Positions 52,627 to 58,608 of a DNA stretch of 58,608 nucleotides are shown piece after piece. Under the pieces are notes generated by a model. The model made no database searches. It was not told the origin of the DNA and saw nothing but the letters and a program-made list of their open reading frames with translations. The DNA is from Clostridia bacterium (GTDB lineage: Bacteria; Bacillota; Clostridia; Christensenellales; CAG-314). A program made the position numbers and the translations under genes. Positions within the stretch are counted from its first letter, which is position 1; each line of letters begins with the position of its first letter. The stretch covers positions 1 to 58,608 of the forward strand of contig JAFTHO010000130.1 in the NCBI GenBank assembly GCA_017457385.1, given 5' to 3'.

Positions 52627-55600
52627 CTAAATGCGTTTGCGTCTTTTTATCAAAAACCAGATGCCAACGCCAATGCCACCTGCAAGGGCAACACTGCCTG
52701 CCACAATGCCAACTATTTCGCCTGCAAACAGTTTTGACTCGATAACAAACTCAACTGTTTTTTCTGCACCGCCAAAGTTGCTTGTTCCGGCAACAGTTAT
52801 TTTTGCGATATATTCGCCAGGTTTTGTTGGTTTTGTGCTTGAAAAGTTGCTTTCGCCTTTTTTTGCATAACTATATTGAACGTCGCCAAAGTTGCTTGTT
52901 GCGTTTATCTGCAAATCTTCGCCCCTTACGTTGCCCAAAACCGAAACGTCGCCAATAGTGGCTGTTGCCTTTGTGATTTCAAAATCAAAAATCAAATCAT
53001 CCGCACTGCCATCCGCCCAGATATTGTTTGCTTTGTCGCTGAGCGAATAAGTCACAGTATATACACCAACGTTTGTGCCACCATCGTTTGTGATGACAAT
53101 GCCATTTGTTGCAGATACGTCTGCCGTTTGTTTTTGTCCGTTGTAGATGACAGTTTGTTTTGTTGTATCTGGTTTTGATACGATTGCCTTTTCAATCTGG
53201 ATTTCAACTGCTTGTTCTGCCGAATAATAAAACTCGCTTTCGTGAACAAAAATTTTCATCCAATAAGTGCCTGCATTTGTCGGAACAGTGCCTGAATACA
53301 CACCGTTTTGGCTTGTTGCAAAAGAAAGGTCATATTCTTCAGCCCAATCTGCATCAATGTCATATGCTGGTTGTTCGCCAAAAGTCCAGCCACCAGACAC
53401 GTTTGAAATTACGTTTTGTTTTTTGTTGACAACAAGGTCAACCAGGCAAGTGATTTTTTGATTTTTAAGGTTTGTATATTGCAACGTCACCCCAGTATCC
53501 GTTGGATGAAAACCATTTTCGTTTGTCTGATAAACAATCTTCACGTCATCGTTGTCAACCAACTCTGTTTTGCCGTTGTTATACGTTGCAGAAACAACCA
53601 TGCCGTCTTTTTCAAACGGTTGGTCATAGATATATTCTTGTTTTGTTGGTTGTGTATCAACGCTTATTTTTGCAACGTCAATAAGTGTAACTGCAACTTT
53701 GTTTTGACTGTCTTTCATCAGGAAAAAGTCATTTACAGGTTGTGCGTTGTCAATCGTGCCTTTGTGCAACACAAACAGGTCTTCGTTGCAAACAAAGTTT
53801 TCAAACAAAACAATGTCTTCAATAACGGCAAGGTCACTCACGTTAACAACCACCTTTATTTCGTTTTGCAAATCTGCACCAGCCAAAACAACTGATTGAA
53901 CCGGGATATTTGCAAAATACACCGTTGAGACTTGTCCTGTGATATCTGCAGTGCTGTGTTTGTGTTCAATAAACAAACTTTCAACACTGCCACCATCCAA
54001 AGTGAACTTGCCCATGTTGCTCACCTGTTGCAAAGTGCTGTCACTTGCCTCAAACGTATCATTTGCAAAGTTATAAAGGTCGGCACCAAAGCTTGCAACG
54101 TTGTTTTTAATCGAAACATTGCTGACAGTTGCTTTGCTAAAGTTAAAAATGCCGCCACCTAATTGTGCAGTATTGTTGGCTATTTCACCACCATCAATAG
54201 TGAGTTCGCCATTGTTATAAATGCCACCACCGTCGCCTGTTGCAACGTTTTGCAAAATTGTTGCTCCTTGGAGTTGGACTGTGCTGTTGTTGTTGATATA
54301 AATGCCACCACCGGTTAATGCACTGTTGTCTGAAATTGTTGCTCCTTTGAGTTGGATTGTGCTGCTGCTGTTGATATAAATGCCACCGCCATATTCTGCA
54401 CTGTTGTCTGAAATTGTTGTGTCTTCAACAGTTGCAATGCTATTGCCAGAGTTGCTGATGCCACCACCTTCTCTTGTTGCAACGTTGTTTGAAATTGTTC
54501 CACTTGCAAAAGTGAGCGTGCCAGAGTTTAAAATGCCACCGCCATAATACGTTACACTGTTTTGCGAAACTGTTGTGTTTTCAGCAGTTACAGTGCTGCC
54601 AATGCCGTTATAAACGCCACCGCCATATTGTGCACTGTTGTTTGAAATTGTTGCACCTTCAACAGCAAGTTCGCCATTATAATTATTATAAATGCCACCG
54701 CCATAATCAGTTGCAACGTTTTCTGTTATTTCACCACCATCAACAGTTGTTGTGCCTTGGTTATAAATGCCACCGCCAGAAAGCGAACTTTCGTTTTTGC
54801 TTATCTTTGTGTCAGAGTCCAGAGTTGTTGTGCCAGAGTTATAAATGCCACCACCAGTCTCTGCAACGTTTTGCAAAATGATGCCACCAGACACAGTGAG
54901 TTCGCTATGGTTATAAACACCACCGCCATTATACGTTGCAGTGTTGTTTGAAATTGTGCCACCAGTTACATTGAGCGTGCCACTACTGTTAAAAACGCCA
55001 CCGCCATCATACGTTGCTACGTTGCCTGAAATTTCACCACCAGACACAGTAACTGTACCTTGGTTATAAATACCACCACCACTAGACATTGCAGTGTTTT
55101 GTGAAACAGATGCTGTCAAAATTTCAACTGTGCCAAAGTTATAAATGCCACCACCCTCATACGTTGCAGTGTTTTGTGAAACAGATCCTGTAAAAATTTC
55201 AACTGTGTCAGAGTTAAAAATGCCACCGCCATTATACGTTGCAGTGTTTTGTGAAATTGTTGCACCCTCAACAGAAAGTTCGCCACTATTATAAATGCCA
55301 CCGCCATATTGTGCACTGTTGTTTGAAATTGTTACTTCGTTGTGTATCGTTACACTTCTGTCAGGAGCGTTATAAATTCCACCACCATATCTGGTTACTG
55401 TGTTTTGTGAAACAAGTCCTGCCAAAATTTCAACCGTGCCAGAGTTATAAATGCCACCGCCATCATACGTTGCTTCGTTGCCTGAAATTTCACCATCATC
55501 AACAATGAGAATGCCTGCTTGATAGTTATAAATGCCACCGCCATCAACAGCACTGTTATTTAAAATTGAACTGCCTGACACAGTGAGTGTGCTTTCGTTA

Positions 55601-57312
55601 TAAATGCCACCGCCATTATACGTTGCAGTGTTTTGTGAAATTGTTGCACCCGCAACAGTAAGGTCGCCACTATTATAAACACCTCCGCCAAATTCTGTTG
55701 CTTCGTTGTCTGAAATTGTTCCACCTGACACAGTAAACGTGCCTTCGTTATAAATGCCACCACCATATCTGTTTGCTTTGTTTTGTGAAACAAGTACTGT
55801 CAAAATTTCAACTGTGCCTTTGTTAAAAATGCCACCGCCACTTGTTGTTGCTTTGTTGTGTGATATTTCACCACCATCAACAATGAGTCTCTTTTCCTCG
55901 CAGACAAAAACGCCACCGCCATTTTCTGTTGCCGTGTTTTGTGTTATTGTTGCATCCTCAACCAAAACGTTGTTTGAATTGATATAAACACCACCGCCAA
56001 GCCTTGCCGTGTTTTGCGAAATCAAAGTGTTGTATTTGACGTTGGCAGTGACTCCAACAGTATAAATGCCACCGCCAGCATCTGCACTGTTGTTTGATAT
56101 TGTGATTCTTTTCACGTCAATAGTGCCATAATTGTTAAAGATGCCACCGCCACCACTTTTTGCAACGTTTTCCAAAACAGTGCCACCAACCGCACTAAAG
56201 TCACCACCATCGTTGTAAATGCCGGCACCATTGTTGCTTTGGTTTTTTGTTATCATTGCACTGCCACTTATGCTCAGTTTTCCTTTGGATGTGTCAATGG
56301 AGTTAAAAATGCCACCGCCATTGTACCTTGCTGTGTTTGACTCTATAAACCCACCGGCTATTTCTACTAAGTTTGTGTCGCTGTTGTCACTTACGTTAAA
56401 AATGCCACCACCGTTGCTCCCTGCAGTGTTGCTCAAAATTGTGCCACCCGTCATTTTGAGTCTGCCTTTTGTAAAAAAGATGCCACCGCCATCGTTGACT
56501 GCATTATTTTGTTTGATAGCGCCATTTGTTATATCAACTATGCAATAGCCGACGGCATAAATGCCACCGCCATTGTTTGCAGTGTTGTTTGAAATTGTTG
56601 CATTGCTTATAGTGAGTGTGCCACCAGTAGAATAAATGCCACCGCCATCGTCTGCAGTGTTGTTTGAAATTGTGCCACCATTTATTGTGACTGTGCCCTG
56701 TGAAAAAATGCCACCACCTCTGGTTGCTCTGTTGTTTGATATTGTGCCACCGTTTATTGTGAGTGTGCCATGGTTGTTAATGCCACCGCCATTCTCTGCC
56801 GAACCGTTTTCTATACTGCCACCATTTATTGTGACTGTGCCCTTTGAATAAATGCAACTGTTGCCTGTTCCTTCAAATTGTGCAATTGTGCCACCGTCAA
56901 GAACAAACGTGCCTGTTTGACCAACGCTTATTACGCTGATTGCACCTTCTGCCGCGCCCCTGACATATCCGTCGCCTTTAATGCAAAGCGTGCCCAAAAC
57001 CCTAAAAACACCATCATTTTGGTTCACAAGGCTAAAACTGTTGAGATCAAACACCACGTTTTTTGTTGCTGAGATCTCAATGATTTCGGTTATCGTTACG
57101 TTGGCAAGCAATTTTACGTTTGTCTGCTCGTCGTCTTTGGCACTGTCAAATGCCTCTTTCAAAGTGGCATATTGCGTGCTGCCTGCCTGTGCAACGTATT
57201 GTGCTGCATCAACCTGTTTTGGGGCAAACAACGCAATGCCACCAAAACAAAGTGCCAGTGCAAACACCAATGATATTATTGAAAGGTTAAATTTGTTAAA
57301 AAGTTTTTTCAT
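52627..57312 (-). CDS. Giant cell-surface protein: signal peptide, about 40 GGGI(Y/F)N beta-helix (polymorphic-membrane-protein-type) repeats, Ig/MBG-like modules, C-terminal TM anchor
   Basis: ATG at 57312 follows AGAGGTG. Signal peptide ends ...ALFAPKQVDA. The N-x-A-x-x-GGGI(Y/F)N unit is highly iterated. The C-terminus is IVGIVAGSVALAGGIGVGIWFLIKRRKRI. Confidence 0.85.
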   Translation of the reverse strand: MKKLFNKFNLSIISLVFALALCFGGIALFAPKQVDAAQYVAQAGSTQYATLKEAFDSAKDDEQTNVKLLANVTITEIIEISATKNVVFDLNSFSLVNQNDGVFRVLGTLCIKGDGYVRGAAEGAISVISVGQTGTFVLDGGTIAQFEGTGNSCIYSKGTVTINGGSIENGSAENGGGINNHGTLTINGGTISNNRATRGGGIFSQGTVTINGGTISNNTADDGGGIYSTGGTLTISNATISNNTANNGGGIYAVGYCIVDITNGAIKQNNAVNDGGGIFFTKGRLKMTGGTILSNTAGSNGGGIFNVSDNSDTNLVEIAGGFIESNTARYNGGGIFNSIDTSKGKLSISGSAMITKNQSNNGAGIYNDGGDFSAVGGTVLENVAKSGGGGIFNNYGTIDVKRITISNNSADAGGGIYTVGVTANVKYNTLISQNTARLGGGVYINSNNVLVEDATITQNTATENGGGVFVCEEKRLIVDGGEISHNKATTSGGGIFNKGTVEILTVLVSQNKANRYGGGIYNEGTFTVSGGTISDNEATEFGGGVYNSGDLTVAGATISQNTATYNGGGIYNESTLTVSGSSILNNSAVDGGGIYNYQAGILIVDDGEISGNEATYDGGGIYNSGTVEILAGLVSQNTVTRYGGGIYNAPDRSVTIHNEVTISNNSAQYGGGIYNSGELSVEGATISQNTATYNGGGIFNSDTVEIFTGSVSQNTATYEGGGIYNFGTVEILTASVSQNTAMSSGGGIYNQGTVTVSGGEISGNVATYDGGGVFNSSGTLNVTGGTISNNTATYNGGGVYNHSELTVSGGIILQNVAETGGGIYNSGTTTLDSDTKISKNESSLSGGGIYNQGTTTVDGGEITENVATDYGGGIYNNYNGELAVEGATISNNSAQYGGGVYNGIGSTVTAENTTVSQNSVTYYGGGILNSGTLTFASGTISNNVATREGGGISNSGNSIATVEDTTISDNSAEYGGGIYINSSSTIQLKGATISDNSALTGGGIYINNNSTVQLQGATILQNVATGDGGGIYNNGELTIDGGEIANNTAQLGGGIFNFSKATVSNVSIKNNVASFGADLYNFANDTFEASDSTLQQVSNMGKFTLDGGSVESLFIEHKHSTADITGQVSTVYFANIPVQSVVLAGADLQNEIKVVVNVSDLAVIEDIVLFENFVCNEDLFVLHKGTIDNAQPVNDFFLMKDSQNKVAVTLIDVAKISVDTQPTKQEYIYDQPFEKDGMVVSATYNNGKTELVDNDDVKIVYQTNENGFHPTDTGVTLQYTNLKNQKITCLVDLVVNKKQNVISNVSGGWTFGEQPAYDIDADWAEEYDLSFATSQNGVYSGTVPTNAGTYWMKIFVHESEFYYSAEQAVEIQIEKAIVSKPDTTKQTVIYNGQKQTADVSATNGIVITNDGGTNVGVYTVTYSLSDKANNIWADGSADDLIFDFEITKATATIGDVSVLGNVRGEDLQINATSNFGDVQYSYAKKGESNFSSTKPTKPGEYIAKITVAGTSNFGGAEKTVEFVIESKLFAGEIVGIVAGSVALAGGIGVGIWFLIKRRKRI

Positions 57313-57400
57313 ATAGCACCTCTTTGCAACTGTTGTGCAAGTTTTTTTCTTTTTTGATATTCGGTTGCAATTTCTGCAACCTGTCAGCGCCACAGGGGGT

Positions 57401-57445
57401 TGTTTTTCAACCACACTTTGTACCAAACCTACTTTTGGAAACTTT
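57401..57445 (+). repeat. 45-bp imperfect direct repeat, copy 1, in the surface-protein leader
   Basis: TGTTTTTCAACCACACTTTGTACCAAACCTACTTTTGGAAACTTT compared with copy 2; I count about 9 mismatches. Confidence 0.7.
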
Positions 57446-57550
57446 AACTCGAAGTGGCTTTGCCGACACACAGGCACTTGCCATGTAACGTTAACACACG
57501 TTTTACTCGTGAATGTATCCCTCGGCAACTCATTGTTATCAAAAAAATTT

Positions 57551-57595
57551 TGTGTTTCAACCACACTCTGTATCGAGCCTACTTTTGAATACTTT
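57551..57595 (+). repeat. 45-bp imperfect direct repeat, copy 2
   Basis: TGTGTTTCAACCACACTCTGTATCGAGCCTACTTTTGAATACTTT, 150 bp after copy 1. Confidence 0.7.
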
Positions 57596-57896
57596 GTAAG
57601 TATCAAAAAATCTGCCACGAACAAGTCGGGCAGATTTTGTTTCCTTTTAGCCTGCAAAAGCAGATTTATTGGTATCGGCCTGACTTACTTTTTTTGCGGG
57701 TCGGTATCGTTTGTAAAGTGGCAGGTGTCTTTACACCTGTCTTGACATTGACAATTTTTTAACATAGTTTTGTTAGTTTTATACTATCATATTTTATTTT
57801 TAGTTTCAATATGTTTTTTTAAAAAAATATTGCAATTTTTTAAACTTTTTTTGCAAAATGCCCCCTATACCTGGGGGTTTTTGGCGTTTTTTTGCA

Positions 57897-57925
57897 AAAT
57901 AAAAGCACGGAAAAATATCCGTGCT
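57897..57925 (-). terminator. Terminator AGCACGG/CCGTGCT after ftsH
   Basis: Hairpin followed by a T run on the minus strand. Confidence 0.8.
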
Positions 57926-57949
57926 TTTTGTTTTGTTTTTTAAAATCAA

Positions 57950-58608
57950 TTATTGATTATCGTCAGAATTTTGTTCTGCCTTTTCTTCAACCTGTGGTTG
58001 AGCAACGTCTTCAACAACTTCAGCAGGTGCAATCACTTGTTCTGCCTTTGGTTGTTCAACTGCAGGGGCAGGTGTTGTCACTTGTGGTTTGTCTGGATTG
58101 TATTTTTTGTCAATAAAGTTGATGACAGTCTGTGCAGATTCGCCCGCAATGAGCATATCTACTTCTGTTGTATGGATAGTTTCTTTTTCCAAAAGCACTC
58201 TTGCCATATTGTGCAGAATTTCGATATTGTCGCCGAGGATTTGTCTTGCACGTTCGTGACATTCACGGATGATTTTGTTTGCTTCCTGGTCGATTTTGCT
58301 TGCCATATGTTCGCTAAAACTGTTTTGGCTTGCATAGTTTTTGCCAACGAAAACTTCGTGGTCACTGCCATAAAAGATAGGGCCGATTTCGTCAGACATG
58401 CCAAGTTCTGCAACCATTGCGTGAGCAATTTGAGTTACCTTGCGGATATCACTGCTTGCGCCACCCGTGATGTTTTTGATGACGAGTTCTTCGGCAACAC
58501 GACCACCAAGCGTCATAACAATCTGGTCGAGCAGTTGTTGTTTAGACTCATAGTTGTCGTCGTTGTCTGGTCTTGTCATTGTGTAGCCACCAGCCATGCC
58601 ACGTGGGA
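57950..58608 (-). CDS. ftsH: ATP-dependent zinc metalloprotease FtsH, C-terminal part (5' end beyond the window)
   Basis: The frame is open to the window edge (..PRGMAGGYTM). M41 peptidase C-terminal helices are followed by a P/Q/E/A-rich tail. Confidence 0.85.
   Translation of the reverse strand, partial: PRGMAGGYTMTRPDNDDNYESKQQLLDQIVMTLGGRVAEELVIKNITGGASSDIRKVTQIAHAMVAELGMSDEIGPIFYGSDHEVFVGKNYASQNSFSEHMASKIDQEANKIIRECHERARQILGDNIEILHNMARVLLEKETIHTTEVDMLIAGESAQTVINFIDKKYNPDKPQVTTPAPAVEQPKAEQVIAPAEVVEDVAQPQVEEKAEQNSDDNQ

Noticed and set aside
52631-57316. Many plus-strand ORFs (for example 55754-55987, 56219-56548, 56636-56851, rich in MPPP/Pro) opposite the giant surface-protein gene
   Set aside because: These are shadow frames created by the reverse complement of the GGC-GGT-GGC (GGG) repeats. 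They have no RBS and low-complexity composition.
57401-57595. Possible CRISPR array (two roughly 36-45-nt repeats beginning GTTTCAACC-like)
   Set aside because: There are only two copies. They differ at about 9 of 45 positions. The intervening 105 nt is far longer than a spacer. No cas genes are in the window.
57313-57657. N-terminal 115-aa extension of the giant protein ORF (track start 57657)
   Set aside because: The extension translates the leader repeats (KVGSIQSVVETQ / KVGLVQSVVEKQ). A strong RBS plus a signal peptide begins at 57312.

Overview
The window looks like chromosome from a low-GC Firmicutes-type organism (host call is inference). It alternates core metabolism with accessory DNA.

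Core, mostly minus strand:
- dnaB/dnaD-like and dnaI-like replication genes.
- A long coiled-coil SMC/Rad50-like protein with degenerate ATPase motifs.
- One long co-directional array: yerC-like, hisZ, hisG, hisD, hisC, hisB, hisH, hisA, an SDR gene, hisF, hisIE, a PHP-type histidinol phosphatase, mtnN, luxS.
- A DAHP synthase, xpt-pbuX, an MscS channel and the 3' part of ftsH.

Accessory:
1. The right end of an integrative element next to tRNA-Thr(GGT), with PcfJ-like, Xis-like and integrase genes. tRNA fragments and a REP-type hairpin lie beside it.
2. A RAYT/IS200-like Y1 transposase that carries two REP-type hairpins inside its own ORF. Related hairpins occur elsewhere in the window.
3. 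A complete 12.5-kb element integrated in tRNA-Arg(ACG), bounded by exact 45-bp repeats. It has an integrase, an XRE switch, a pC194-type rolling-circle Rep, a polytopic-membrane P-loop NTPase, coat-like mini-proteins and anchored surface proteins. It has no T4SS genes and no tailed-phage structural genes. I rank it the best candidate for an undescribed system: a non-tailed temperate virus or a single-ATPase transfer element.
4. Decayed tandem att scars to the left of that element.
5. A kinase / vWA / PP2C (TerY-P-like) triad extended by a transglutaminase-like gene.
6. A lipoprotein-type polymorphic nuclease toxin with a YezG-like immunity gene, preceded by a 927-aa secreted protein.
7. A 1561-aa GGGI(Y/F)N-repeat beta-helix surface protein.

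All family assignments come from motif reading only. No database search was run.
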